Of a stretch of DNA of 40,582 nucleotides, positions 9,322 to 18,536 are shown in pieces. Below the pieces are notes generated by a model, which worked only from the letters and a program-made list of their open reading frames with translations, was not told the DNA's origin and made no database searches. Location: positions 60,453-101,034 of the forward strand of contig CBFGKC010000011.1 in assembly GCA_965649265.1 (NCBI GenBank), read 5' to 3'. The position numbers and the translations under genes are program-made. Source of the stretch: a candidate division WOR-3 bacterium. GTDB lineage: Bacteria; Hydrothermota; Tepidihabitantia; B3-TA06. Numbering within the stretch: the stretch's first letter is position 1; each line of letters begins with the position of its first letter.

Positions 9322-10590
9322 ATGACAGCGTTAATGCTTTTAATCATCTCCCAGAGCGGAGGAGATACCGTTTACAATCTAAGGGATTTCAGGATTCCTG
9401 AGGACGGGATAACAAGCCTTACTTTTGCAGGAACGTTTAATCTGGCTAATTCGGTTCAATCCTACTACAGTACGGATACACTTTCGCCTGAAGCAAGAAG
9501 ATGGCAATCTTCATATGGTTACTCAAGGGTTTCATTGAAAAGGGACTTGAATATCAACGGTGAAACGAGATTTATACACCTGAGCATAATTCCGAGTTTG
9601 ACAGGCTCCTTAAATAGCTTCATTAGACAACTTGAGCCCGATTCCATTGTACGTTCAAGCTTGATCAGGAGTTCTATTGGTGGTAGCGCTTACTTTTACG
9701 GCGGCTGGTATTTAGCCGGGAGTTCCTGGTTTACAGGAGGAAAAGCCCGATTATCTGAGTACGGAGGAATAGAGTACTCCTGGCCTCAGGATACACTGCG
9801 TCCATATCTCACGCTACCGCGAGGCAAAGTCTTGGCAGGCGGCGGACTCGGCCGGGTTCGAAATGTGGCATCGGCGGCGCGAGCGTGGCTTTTTCTTGAA
9901 GAGAACGGTGCGGCTTCATACGATAATATTCAGCAACTGGCTGCATTTCTTTCAAGCGAGTGGAAATATAAAATCAAATACTGGCGTTACCAGAAATACT
10001 TTTATGCGGACGCCGACAGCGTTTTGGTTGAGGCCGGAGCGCTGAGCGAGTTGACGCCGTATCAACTCATGCGGTTAAGGGAAATAGTTGAGAATACGAG
10101 TCAATTCGAGAGACTTTCGGGGAACCGACTGAGTATTATGTCGGGCTTGAACTACAACGATTATGACAGGGATAGTGACCTGGAAGCGGAAATCGCGCTT
10201 TCGCTTATCGGTGGACAACCTGTATCGCGGCGATGGCAAGTATCATACTCGACAGAAAACGAAGTGTATCTTCCATTTTATTCACTCGTAGAAGGATACA
10301 GACCTGAAGCCAGTTCCGAGTCAATGATATCGCTGTCTTACTACATTAGTGATTCCTGGAGACTGTCGAGTGAGGTCGATGCGTTTATCCTTTTGAATTA
10401 TTTTACATACGGGTATGACTGCACGGTGTCATCCAGGTTAGTACCGGTGGAGTTGACAATGTACGTCGACAATCATCTCGATTTGTCAATAAAACCATAT
10501 TGCGAATACTATCTGGATGAGATCACAGACATCCAGATCCATGATTTTCATTTTGGTTTGGATGCCGGTCTCAACTGGAGACTGCGTTGA
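9322..10590 (+). CDS. Hypothetical exported protein, probable outer-membrane beta-barrel (paralog 2)
   Basis: 422 aa; AAGGAGG RBS; same three motifs as 7813..9306; C-terminal beta-signal-like FGLDAGLNWRLR. Confidence 0.7.
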   Translation: MTALMLLIISQSGGDTVYNLRDFRIPEDGITSLTFAGTFNLANSVQSYYSTDTLSPEARRWQSSYGYSRVSLKRDLNINGETRFIHLSIIPSLTGSLNSFIRQLEPDSIVRSSLIRSSIGGSAYFYGGWYLAGSSWFTGGKARLSEYGGIEYSWPQDTLRPYLTLPRGKVLAGGGLGRVRNVASAARAWLFLEENGAASYDNIQQLAAFLSSEWKYKIKYWRYQKYFYADADSVLVEAGALSELTPYQLMRLREIVENTSQFERLSGNRLSIMSGLNYNDYDRDSDLEAEIALSLIGGQPVSRRWQVSYSTENEVYLPFYSLVEGYRPEASSESMISLSYYISDSWRLSSEVDAFILLNYFTYGYDCTVSSRLVPVELTMYVDNHLDLSIKPYCEYYLDEITDIQIHDFHFGLDAGLNWRLR

Positions 10591-10614
10591 AGATTTACTT
10601 GTATTACTTAATTA

Positions 10615-13065
10615 TCAGGGTGTCCAGTCCGCATTGAAGAAGCCGGCCTTGACGACTCCACCCCAGCCTTTGTCCCAGACGTCCGTTGACCAGATTATAT
10701 AATCGGGCAGACCTGCGCCGGAATATAGAGTCGAGAAGTAACCGGAGAGCCTGAGGCCTTCTGCCTCGATACCTTCACGAACCAGAATCTTTTTTGCAGG
10801 GTTCAGCGGGTTAGGGTAGATGAAGAGCGCCGCCCTGGCGTTTGCAGGAAGAATTTCGCCGTTAACAACAAATCGAGATCGGTTGATCTTTATCGGCAGA
10901 TCCTTTTCTACAGCTGCAACAATTTTGTTTTGCTCCGAGTTGCCGATGAGGATCAGGTTGTATCTTTCCATCATGGAAGAGGTGACTGAGGTGTCCGCAA
11001 CTACATAGGTGCAGCCGTTGGCAACAATCCACCAGCGCTGACTTTCGGACACTGCAATCCGCATGAGCTTTGACGTAGTCGCTGTATCCGACTTTGTTCC
11101 GTAGACGAGGATGAATGGTTGATAATAGGCGCTCTTTATGGGCGAGTGGGGAAGGGGGTAGTCTTGAGAATTAGCGACATGCCAGTCTCCGTCGCCTACT
11201 TCAAAAACCATGGAATCTTGCGAGAGTTCAGCGGTCAGCGTATCATCATTAACGGTAACCATGATTGTAGCGTAGCCGTGATTGTTTTCAGGAGTTTTTA
11301 TAGAAAACCTTCCGACGTTCGTAGTCGAAACATGATACCCGTAGTCGTCTATCCAGCCTTTTATAGTCGCATCCTTCATGGGGTCGCTTATCGTATGTAT
11401 GCGAAGCCAGTAAGCCCCTGACGCCTCGGCGATGTTGGCGGTTCCGAAGAATACTCGCTTGGGGTATTCGGGTCTTACGGATTTTTGCATGAATTGCATG
11501 ATGTCCGGCCAGTTTACGCATGCGCCGTTAGAATCGCCCCACCAGTGGGGCTTGTCAGGAACTTCCACGTACCGGTAGTCGTAACCGAGTTGATTGAGCC
11601 TGGATGCGTAAAGCCTTGCCTGAAAAGCCGGGACGTTGTCATCGGCTCCTCCCTGCAGGATGAACACGGGAAGGTTCGAGGCGTTCTCGATTCTTGCAAG
11701 CTGGTTGTCCGACCTTAAGGCCTGGTTGCGAACTTCAAGCTGCCAGGGTTCGGCGAAGATTGCCGATTTCTGCCATGTCCAGGCGGAATAGAGTTCATGG
11801 TTCGTCCAGCCCGCCTCGGGCGAAAGCGAGGCAAACAGGTCGGGATAGGTAAGCCCCACGTGCCACGTGCCGTGTCCGCCCATCGAATGGCCCGTAAGGT
11901 GCACCTTTCTCTCATCAATGGGATATCGTCTCATTACCTCTCCGAGAACTTCCAGGGCATCAAGCCTTCCCCAGTCCTGCCAGTCGAAACCGTATGGCCG
12001 GCGGTTGGTTGGACAGGCGACGAAGGCCCAGTCTTTCTGCGTATACGAATCCACCTGAGATAAGGCCTCCACGCTCGCGCCGTGAAGGGAAAGGATCAGC
12101 GGGTATTTCCTTGCGGGGTCGTAGTTCCCGGGCGGCATGAGACCGAAGTACTGAACCGAGCCGTCTATCTCCGAAACGAAGGTTTCCTTCCGCGACTGGT
12201 CAGGCCTGCGACATCTTATTTTGAGAGTCGTTTCTACCTTGTCCCTGTCCCAGATGACGGACACGGGAAGAATCAATGAATCGCCGGGTATCGAATCCAG
12301 CAGGGGTATAAGAAGCTTGAAATCGAAGGGTGCCTTGTAGAAGTTCATGGGCGCGATGGGGGGGAGGTCGAACGCCCTTTCCTTGAAACCTTTGCCGCCC
12401 ACCACGAGCTTCGCGTTGCGCAGCCATTCCTCGCCGGTGTTGCATACCGGTATCGCTCCGTAAAGGGTGCCGTTATCCGCACCGTACACAAGATCGGGCA
12501 AGGTCGCGTCTCTTTCGATAATTCTTACATCATCGTCCACTGGCACGAGCGTGAAGCTCACCCTGTCGTCGCCTGCGCCGCCCAGGTATAGCCAGATTCG
12601 GTTGCGTCCCTTGTCAAGGATGACAGGATTGGCAAGCGTCCCCGAGGCGTAAACGTCTCCCATGTAACTGCGTTCGTTTATGGAAAACGAGCAGCCCATT
12701 GCCAGAGCGAGCGCGCGCGACCGTTTGGGGACGTTCACTTCGGCGTACGCGTAGCCGGAATTGTAAAGCGCCGAGATGCCGTAGAAATCCTGGAGCGTGT
12801 CCCATCCCACGTTCGGATAGGAAGTCCTCAGCCAACCGGTGGAATCAACCTTCACTTTTTCCCATTTCTGCCAGCCGCCCGTTGTCTGTACGGAGAACAG
12901 GCTGTCACCCTCCTTTGGAGTGAAATTGGGGTCGTCGGGAAGAATTCTCCAAGTATTTTCCCTTACGCCGGTGAGAAAAGGCCCGCAAACGAGATACTCC
13001 TCGGGCATTATCGTATCCTGAATGGACGGTGACGAAACAAGCAACGACAAAATCAAAAACATCAC
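10615..13065 (-). CDS. Secreted S9/prolyl-oligopeptidase-like alpha/beta hydrolase with N-terminal beta-sandwich domains
   Basis: Signal-like N-terminus; LHGA oxyanion motif, GHSMGG nucleophile, GADDNVP Asp, KPHWW His; AAGGAGG RBS before GTG. Confidence 0.85.
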   Translation of the reverse strand: MMFLILSLLVSSPSIQDTIMPEEYLVCGPFLTGVRENTWRILPDDPNFTPKEGDSLFSVQTTGGWQKWEKVKVDSTGWLRTSYPNVGWDTLQDFYGISALYNSGYAYAEVNVPKRSRALALAMGCSFSINERSYMGDVYASGTLANPVILDKGRNRIWLYLGGAGDDRVSFTLVPVDDDVRIIERDATLPDLVYGADNGTLYGAIPVCNTGEEWLRNAKLVVGGKGFKERAFDLPPIAPMNFYKAPFDFKLLIPLLDSIPGDSLILPVSVIWDRDKVETTLKIRCRRPDQSRKETFVSEIDGSVQYFGLMPPGNYDPARKYPLILSLHGASVEALSQVDSYTQKDWAFVACPTNRRPYGFDWQDWGRLDALEVLGEVMRRYPIDERKVHLTGHSMGGHGTWHVGLTYPDLFASLSPEAGWTNHELYSAWTWQKSAIFAEPWQLEVRNQALRSDNQLARIENASNLPVFILQGGADDNVPAFQARLYASRLNQLGYDYRYVEVPDKPHWWGDSNGACVNWPDIMQFMQKSVRPEYPKRVFFGTANIAEASGAYWLRIHTISDPMKDATIKGWIDDYGYHVSTTNVGRFSIKTPENNHGYATIMVTVNDDTLTAELSQDSMVFEVGDGDWHVANSQDYPLPHSPIKSAYYQPFILVYGTKSDTATTSKLMRIAVSESQRWWIVANGCTYVVADTSVTSSMMERYNLILIGNSEQNKIVAAVEKDLPIKINRSRFVVNGEILPANARAALFIYPNPLNPAKKILVREGIEAEGLRLSGYFSTLYSGAGLPDYIIWSTDVWDKGWGGVVKAGFFNADWTP

Positions 13066-13085
13066 GAACCTCCTTGGTTTTGGTG

Positions 13086-13113
13086 ATGCTAGCGAGGAAC
13101 TTCAAGAAGTCAA
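13086..13113 (-). promoter_or_regulatory. sigma70-type promoter TTGACT-N16-TAGCAT
   Basis: Upstream of the hydrolase RBS. Confidence 0.6.
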
Positions 13114-13136
13114 TAGAGAAAATAGATGACCTTTTA

Positions 13137-13856
13137 TTATGATGGTGGAGGAATGTCTTTCGCTTCAGGCATTATAATTATTTTGTCATTGAGTGTTATT
13201 GATATAAGTAAAGGTACTCCAATACTCGTTTCGAGGCTACCGTTAGGAAGTTTGTAGTGGAAGGGTACGATCTTATAATTTATTTTAATTCCGTCAGCGT
13301 AAAGATTTCTAAGAGTCACTTTGATTTCAATATGTGGGGCGATTCCGCTAGAGACGAAGTTTTGTTTAGCTTCGAATTTAATCCTTTGAGGTTTGCCAAC
13401 AGCTAAGAAACTGGAAGATTCACTTTTACTGTCGCTAAGCACATAATACGAAAAAAGATTTGAACCTTGCTGAGCATGAATTTCGTGAGTTAGAGCTGGT
13501 CCAAATCCTGTGTTTTCTGCAATAAGTTCGAAAGAGTAGATCCACTTAGAATCAGGAAGACCGATAGTTTTGACATTAGCTGAATTTGGAATTACATTTT
13601 TTCCTGAAGAAACATTTGGCTCAGATGGAATTCTTAAATCTAATAGAGGCAAAATTTGGATTCTTTCACTCCGGGTATTCCATTTTCGTGTCTGGAAAAT
13701 AACAATAAAAGTGCCTATCGCTAAAGCAATAGTGCCAATAGCTACAGCGAGGCTCGCCCAAAAACTTTCTTGAAAGCTTGTTTCTTTAATCAAAGTCAAA
13801 GTGTCTTTTATTAAGAGTGTATCTCTCAAGGTGTCTATCATTAAAACGGTGTCCAT
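13137..13856 (-). CDS. Hypothetical single-pass membrane protein, AT-rich (probably horizontally acquired)
   Basis: 239 aa; GAGGAGG RBS; one TM (FWASLAVAIGTIALAIGTFIVIF); visibly lower GC than flanks. Confidence 0.7.
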   Translation of the reverse strand: MDTVLMIDTLRDTLLIKDTLTLIKETSFQESFWASLAVAIGTIALAIGTFIVIFQTRKWNTRSERIQILPLLDLRIPSEPNVSSGKNVIPNSANVKTIGLPDSKWIYSFELIAENTGFGPALTHEIHAQQGSNLFSYYVLSDSKSESSSFLAVGKPQRIKFEAKQNFVSSGIAPHIEIKVTLRNLYADGIKINYKIVPFHYKLPNGSLETSIGVPLLISITLNDKIIIMPEAKDIPPPS

Positions 13857-13869
13857 TTAAAACCTCCTC

Positions 13870-13896
13870 GGGCCGACCTAAAGGTTGGCCTCTACG
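13870..13896 (-). repeat. GTAG-type REP palindrome, copy 1 (CGTAGAGGCCAACCTTTAGGTCGGCCC)
   Basis: GTAG head followed by an imperfect hairpin; near-identical copy at 28924..28950. Confidence 0.75.
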
Positions 13897-13923
13897 CAAG
13901 TATTATATGTATACTAAGCTAAA

Positions 13924-13951
13924 AATATATTTGGTCTTAGAAGCTTGTCAA
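13924..13951 (-). promoter_or_regulatory. sigma70-type promoter TTGACA-N16-TATATT
   Basis: Upstream of the REP and the RBS of 13137..13856. Confidence 0.55.
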
Positions 13952-13955
13952 GTGT

Positions 13956-14048
13956 TCCCCTCCCCCTTTATCCCCCTCCACCGGGGAGGGGGAGATTGCG
14001 GGTTGATTCGATTCCCCCTCCCAATGCGGAGGGGGGAGGGGGCGGGGT
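13956..14048. repeat. CCCCTCC..GGAGGGG palindromic dispersed repeat cluster
   Basis: TCCCCCTCCACCGGGGAGGGGGA and TCCCCCTCCCAATGCGGAGGGGGGA hairpins; relatives at 27888-28002, 29042-29102 and 29257-29290. Confidence 0.7.
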
Positions 14049-14058
14049 AAAGTTACAC

Positions 14059-14086
14059 TTGACTCCTCAATAGGTGAACGTATAAT
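14059..14086 (+). promoter_or_regulatory. Promoter TTGACT-N16-TATAAT, probably giving a leaderless transcript
   Basis: -10 ends 5 nt before GTG 14092; no SD sequence in between. Confidence 0.7.
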
Positions 14087-14091
14087 CCCCC

Positions 14092-14736
14092 GTGGCTAAG
14101 GCGTTCCAGTTTTACACCGAACAGGGTGCGGTCTACTATTCCGGTTACAAGGCCGACAACCTCAAGTCGCTGCTCGTTGGCCTGAGGGGCGTGCCTTCAT
14201 CCTCGATCTTCTATCATCTCTACCACTCCATGCTGCGCCGGCACTACACGACCACCGACTACATGAACGACTTCGCCCAGTGGGTGTGGGGCGTTTTGTG
14301 GCAAAAGACGCTCGGCGAAAAGCTGGCCTCGTTCGATCCGCTTGAATTCACCATGATCCGCGAGGCGCGCGCACGACTCATAAAGATAATCGAAGATTAC
14401 GTGGGCGAGGGCGAGTACTTCCAGCGCGTGCCCGAGGGCGAGGCGTTTTACTTCCTCTGCATCAAGAGTTTCATCTATCCTACAGGCATCAAGGCGGCAT
14501 CGCTTCCTGAACTCATGCAGGCCGTCGAGCAAATCTCGCCGCAGAGTATTTTTTACCACCTCATAGAATCGCGACTCAGGCTTCGAACGCCCTCAAACGA
14601 CATCTCATCCTGGTTAAAGGAAGAACTCAAACTTCCCGCACTCGCCGGAAAAATAAGCACGCTTTCTCCTTACGAGTACAATCTCGAGGCTATACGCGCA
14701 AAGATAGTCCACCTGATCAAAGATGAAATCGGCTGA
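14092..14736 (+). CDS. DUF5752-family protein (TreT-associated, internally duplicated)
   Basis: Two repeats of A..L..L...SIFYHL...ND...W....L...LA.K; lies directly upstream of treT. Confidence 0.8.
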   Translation: MAKAFQFYTEQGAVYYSGYKADNLKSLLVGLRGVPSSSIFYHLYHSMLRRHYTTTDYMNDFAQWVWGVLWQKTLGEKLASFDPLEFTMIREARARLIKIIEDYVGEGEYFQRVPEGEAFYFLCIKSFIYPTGIKAASLPELMQAVEQISPQSIFYHLIESRLRLRTPSNDISSWLKEELKLPALAGKISTLSPYEYNLEAIRAKIVHLIKDEIG

Positions 14737-15973
14737 AACACCAAAGCACCATCACGGTCTTGAAGACTACGCGCCTATCGTGACCGGCGCGGTCATTGAA
14801 GAGATTCGGGAGCTGGCACGGCTTCTGGGCAAGGTCAAGATCGTTCACGTGAACTCGACCAAGGAGGGGGGAGGGGTGGCCGAGATTCTTGGCTGGTTCA
14901 TCCCGATTCTCGAGGAACTGGGCATGACCGTCGAATGGGAGATAATCACCGGCGACACTGAGTTTTTCACGGTCACAAAGAAGTTCCACAACGCCCTTCA
15001 CGGTCAGAAGGAGGAGTTCACGAAGGAGATGTTCGACAAGTACCTTTCGAACGTCAAGGAACGCTCACCCCGCATCCCCGACGACGCCGATTTCGTAATA
15101 ATCCACGACCCGCAGCCGGCGGCAATCGTCGAGCAGTATCCTTCCCGCACGGCGAAGTGGGTGTGGCGCTGCCACATTGACCTTGCTGACGCCGACCTGC
15201 GTGTATGGTCGTTCCTGCGTCCGTTCATCGAACGCTACGACGGCGCCGTGTTCCACATGCCGCAGTATACGAAGAATCTTATGATCCCGCAGTTCATTCT
15301 TCCGCCGGCAATCGATCCTCTTGCAGCCAAGAACGTAGAACTGGGCGAAGCGGAAATCAAATCCATCATGCAGCGGCTCGGCATCCCACAGGACAGGCGC
15401 ATCCTTTTACAGGTCGGCCGCTTTGACAGGCTAAAAGACCCATTTGGTGCGATAGAGGCCTACAGGCTCGTACGGCGCTGGTATGATACGAGGCTCGTTC
15501 TTGCCGGGGGCGCGGCATCGGACGACCCGGAGGGTCAGGCCGTTCTCGAGGAAGTGATGGACATGGCCGGCGACGACCCGTGCATACACGTTTTGAACCT
15601 GCCGTCCGACTCCCACCGTGAAATTAACGCTCTGCAGCGCGCGGCGTCCGTAATCATTCAGAACTCCAAGCGCGAGGGCTTCGGGCTCACGGTCACGGAG
15701 GCTATGTGGAAGGCGAAACCGGTGGTAGGCAACGACATCGGCGGAATAAGGCACCAGATCATCCACGGCACCTCCGGATTCCTTATTCACTCGGTCGAGG
15801 GGCTCGCCTACCGCATCCGCCAGCTCTTCGGCAATCCCGCAATGGCCCAGCGTTTCGGCCAGCAGGCTCGCGAATACGTGCGCAACATCCTGCTCGTCCC
15901 TCACCACGTCAGACGCTGGCTGCTTCTCATGCACTCCCTGCGCGCGGGCGAAGAGGACATCATCACTTTGTAA
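14723..15973 (+). CDS. treT: Trehalose glycosyltransferring synthase TreT (GT4)
   Basis: HVNSTKEGGGVAEIL, KKFHNALHG, IHDPQP, WRCHID, RFDRLKDP, DDPEG, EGFGLTVTEAMWK. True start may be slightly downstream. Confidence 0.9.
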   Translation: MKSAETPKHHHGLEDYAPIVTGAVIEEIRELARLLGKVKIVHVNSTKEGGGVAEILGWFIPILEELGMTVEWEIITGDTEFFTVTKKFHNALHGQKEEFTKEMFDKYLSNVKERSPRIPDDADFVIIHDPQPAAIVEQYPSRTAKWVWRCHIDLADADLRVWSFLRPFIERYDGAVFHMPQYTKNLMIPQFILPPAIDPLAAKNVELGEAEIKSIMQRLGIPQDRRILLQVGRFDRLKDPFGAIEAYRLVRRWYDTRLVLAGGAASDDPEGQAVLEEVMDMAGDDPCIHVLNLPSDSHREINALQRAASVIIQNSKREGFGLTVTEAMWKAKPVVGNDIGGIRHQIIHGTSGFLIHSVEGLAYRIRQLFGNPAMAQRFGQQAREYVRNILLVPHHVRRWLLLMHSLRAGEEDIITL

Positions 15974-16070
15974 TAATTTCCCGGCAAATTTTGCGGGAAC
16001 CCCATATCAAAACAACTTACTATATAAACCATTTTGGGATTGTAGACAATACTTTCGGTATTTTTGAAAT

Positions 16071-16098
16071 AAAAAAGAGCCGGTTTGAAACCGGCTCT
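16071..16098 (-). terminator. Intrinsic terminator for hsp20 (possibly bidirectional)
   Basis: AGAGCCGGTTTCAAACCGGCTCT followed by a T-run on the minus strand, between convergent treT and hsp20. An extra 13-bp inverted repeat lies at 16118-16150. Confidence 0.75.
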
Positions 16099-16155
16099 CA
16101 TTATTTCTTTACAGGGTTCCCGAAGATTTGATTCCAGCAAATCTTCGGGATGTTT

Positions 16156-16599
16156 TTATTTAACCTCAATCGCTATCTCTTTGGTCTTTGACTTCTCCGA
16201 CTTTGGGAAGGAGATCTCAAGAACACCGTTTTCGTAGGAGGCCTTGGCCTTGTCAGGCTCGACTTCCATCGGAAGGGTCACCACACGCTGGAAAACGCCG
16301 TACGAACGCTCAATTCGGTGAAAATGACGCTCTTTGTCCTGGGCCTGGTGCCGGCGCTCGCCGGAAATGACAAGGTTGTCGCCCACGACCTGAATCTTAA
16401 CGTCATCCTTCTTCATTCCTGGCACCTCGGCCCTCACAATAATGGAATCCTTTGTTTCCTCGATATCGACGAGGGGGGCCCAGGTGGTTGGAAACTCCTC
16501 CGTGCCCCAGCGCCCGAAGAATGAATCGAAAAGTCTTTCCATATCTCTTCTGAAGGTGTCTATTCCCCAGAAGGGTTCATATCTCTTTATCTTGTTCAT
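16156..16599 (-). CDS. Hsp20/alpha-crystallin small heat-shock protein
   Basis: PLVDIEET, AEVPGM, ISGER, ERSYGVFQR, ASYENGVLEI, C-terminal IxI motif. ATG 16599 is correctly spaced from AGGAGG, whereas TTG 16608 abuts it. Confidence 0.95.
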   Translation of the reverse strand: MNKIKRYEPFWGIDTFRRDMERLFDSFFGRWGTEEFPTTWAPLVDIEETKDSIIVRAEVPGMKKDDVKIQVVGDNLVISGERRHQAQDKERHFHRIERSYGVFQRVVTLPMEVEPDKAKASYENGVLEISFPKSEKSKTKEIAIEVK

Positions 16600-16642
16600 T
16601 TCAGCCAACCTCCTTTAATAGTTGGTTTCTTGTTTCAACTAT

Positions 16643-16670
16643 ATTATAGTTTGCTAAAATGGTTTGTCAA
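16643..16670 (-). promoter_or_regulatory. Consensus promoter TTGACA-N16-TATAAT for hsp20
   Basis: Perfect hexamers. Confidence 0.8.
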
Positions 16671-16827
16671 GGTCATTCGGTCAAAACTAGTTATGAACGA
16701 ACAACAACCACGAAGTTTTTTTAAGCTTTCCGGCGAGTTTTCGGCGCTTACTGAGCTTACTTAAGTCACTTTCTGATCGGGCCTTTTACCCGGAGCCTCT
16801 TGTTCTCCTGCGGTCCATTTTATGATT

Positions 16828-17772
16828 CTACTTTGAGGCTTTTCTTGGGTTTTTCCTTGCCGCAGTTTTTTTACCGGATGACTTCTTTTTCACTCCAGTC
16901 TTCGCGGTTTTCGGAGATTTAGACGACGGTTTTGTCGATTTAAATCTCGTAGAAGTCTTTAGAGAAAGCCTGGAAGCAGGTTCTGAGGAAGGGGAGGAGG
17001 ATGAGGAGAGTGAGGAGGGCGAGGGCTCAGAATACTTAGACAGGGTCTTAAGAAGGGTCGAGGCGATTTGGACATTCGGGGCAATCGACTTTAGTTCCTT
17101 CTGATAAAGCTCTTTCAAAAAGGGCACGGCTTTTTGGCCGAATCGAGCCTCGATCAATTCAATCTGATTGACGCGAACCCACGAAGGGACATTGATTACG
17201 TCGGTGATTCTCGCCTGAAGCGCTTTTAGCCTCTCCTCATCAGACAAAACGTCGCCGCAGCTCTCGGAATCGAGAATTACTTCTTTGTTGCATCGGGGGC
17301 ACACGATAGTATGTCTGGCCTTTTCGAAATACCCGTTATAAAAGTAACGTACTTTCAACCTCTTGGAGGAGATAACGTAAAACCCCCACAGGAGCGTGAT
17401 AACGATTCCGCCGATATTGAACAGGCTCGTGTTACCGAAAAGAAGTTCACCCAGGGAATAAAGGATCATCAGCAAGAGAAAAGAAAGTATGAGTGTGCGT
17501 GCAAACGGTTTCTTTACGAGAAGAACCACGAAGAAGATGCCTGCGTGAAAGGCAAGAAGGATAGCGAGGAGTAAAGGACCTTGCACTTTTTGAGAAAAGA
17601 GTTCAAGACCGTAATCGATATTACGAATATTAGAAGGATTTATGAACTTGCTGATTATCAAAATGATTGCGGCCGCCTGTTGAATGAGGAACAGCCAATC
17701 CAGGAATCGCAGCTCTGCAGTTTTTCGGGCCTCGAGCGGCGAATACTCTTCAAGCATGCTCAGACCTTTCAT
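16828..17772 (-). CDS. Membrane protein with DUF2569-like TM region, CPRC motif and Ser-rich/Lys-rich tail
   Basis: About four TM helices ending LWGFYVISSKRLKVRYF; IVCPRC; low-complexity S/K tail; ATGA overlap with otsB. Confidence 0.65.
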   Translation of the reverse strand: MKGLSMLEEYSPLEARKTAELRFLDWLFLIQQAAAIILIISKFINPSNIRNIDYGLELFSQKVQGPLLLAILLAFHAGIFFVVLLVKKPFARTLILSFLLLMILYSLGELLFGNTSLFNIGGIVITLLWGFYVISSKRLKVRYFYNGYFEKARHTIVCPRCNKEVILDSESCGDVLSDEERLKALQARITDVINVPSWVRVNQIELIEARFGQKAVPFLKELYQKELKSIAPNVQIASTLLKTLSKYSEPSPSSLSSSSSPSSEPASRLSLKTSTRFKSTKPSSKSPKTAKTGVKKKSSGKKTAARKNPRKASK

Positions 17773-18536
17773 GTTTGAAACCTCCTTATGAGATCTAATA
17801 ACTCCTGGGGGGAATTCAGAACGTAATCCGCCAGGTTGGATATTGTTTCACCAATTGCGACTCGAATCGAACCGGAAGGAAGCGCCCTGAAGGCATCGAT
17901 ATCGGTGATGTCATCACCAAAATAGACCACCAGTGCATCCTTTGAAGGAAGGATTCGCTCACACATGAGCCTAACGGCAAGTCCTTTGTTTACTTTTTTT
18001 GATCTTAACTCCAAAACCATCTTTCCCTCTAATGTTTCGTAATCTTTAAGTCCTTTAATTTCTTTGGCATGCAAGAGAAAGGCGTTGCGTGCTGCAAGGG
18101 CATCCTTTTCCTGGGCCAGCCTGTAATGCATGGCAACACTCGCCTCTTTCTCCTCAATGATGATTCCAGAAAGACCTGAGACCGACTCCGCAAGTAATCT
18201 CGTGAAAACCGAAAGTTGCTTGTGACCGATATCGTCTTTGATAAGGGATTCTTTTTTGCATCCAGGCATTCTTATCGAGGCGCCGTGAGAACCTGCAAGA
18301 GCTACGTTCGGCAGCCCGGACAAGTAAGTCTCGAGTTGATCGAGAGCTCTACCGCTCAAAACGGCTATATTGGTCATTGGATACCTGGTCAAGACATCGA
18401 GATACTTAGGAAGATTCGGGTCCGGTTCAATTTTATCGGGGGAGGAGGCTATGTCGACAAGGGTTCCGTCAAAGTCAAAAATGAGGAGCCGTGCGGGCGC
18501 ATCTATTAAACTTCTAAACAGACGATCATTAATCAC
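17769..18536 (-). CDS. otsB: Trehalose-6-phosphate phosphatase
   Basis: HAD motifs FDFDGTL, LSGR, GSHG, EEK..SVAMHYR, NKGLAV, FGDDITDIDAF. Confidence 0.93.
   Translation of the reverse strand: MINDRLFRSLIDAPARLLIFDFDGTLVDIASSPDKIEPDPNLPKYLDVLTRYPMTNIAVLSGRALDQLETYLSGLPNVALAGSHGASIRMPGCKKESLIKDDIGHKQLSVFTRLLAESVSGLSGIIIEEKEASVAMHYRLAQEKDALAARNAFLLHAKEIKGLKDYETLEGKMVLELRSKKVNKGLAVRLMCERILPSKDALVVYFGDDITDIDAFRALPSGSIRVAIGETISNLADYVLNSPQELLDLIRRFQT

Noticed and set aside
16631-16657. CIRCE/HrcA operator upstream of hsp20
   Set aside because: TTAGCAAAC matches the left arm only partly, and the right arm (GAGTGCTAA) is absent.
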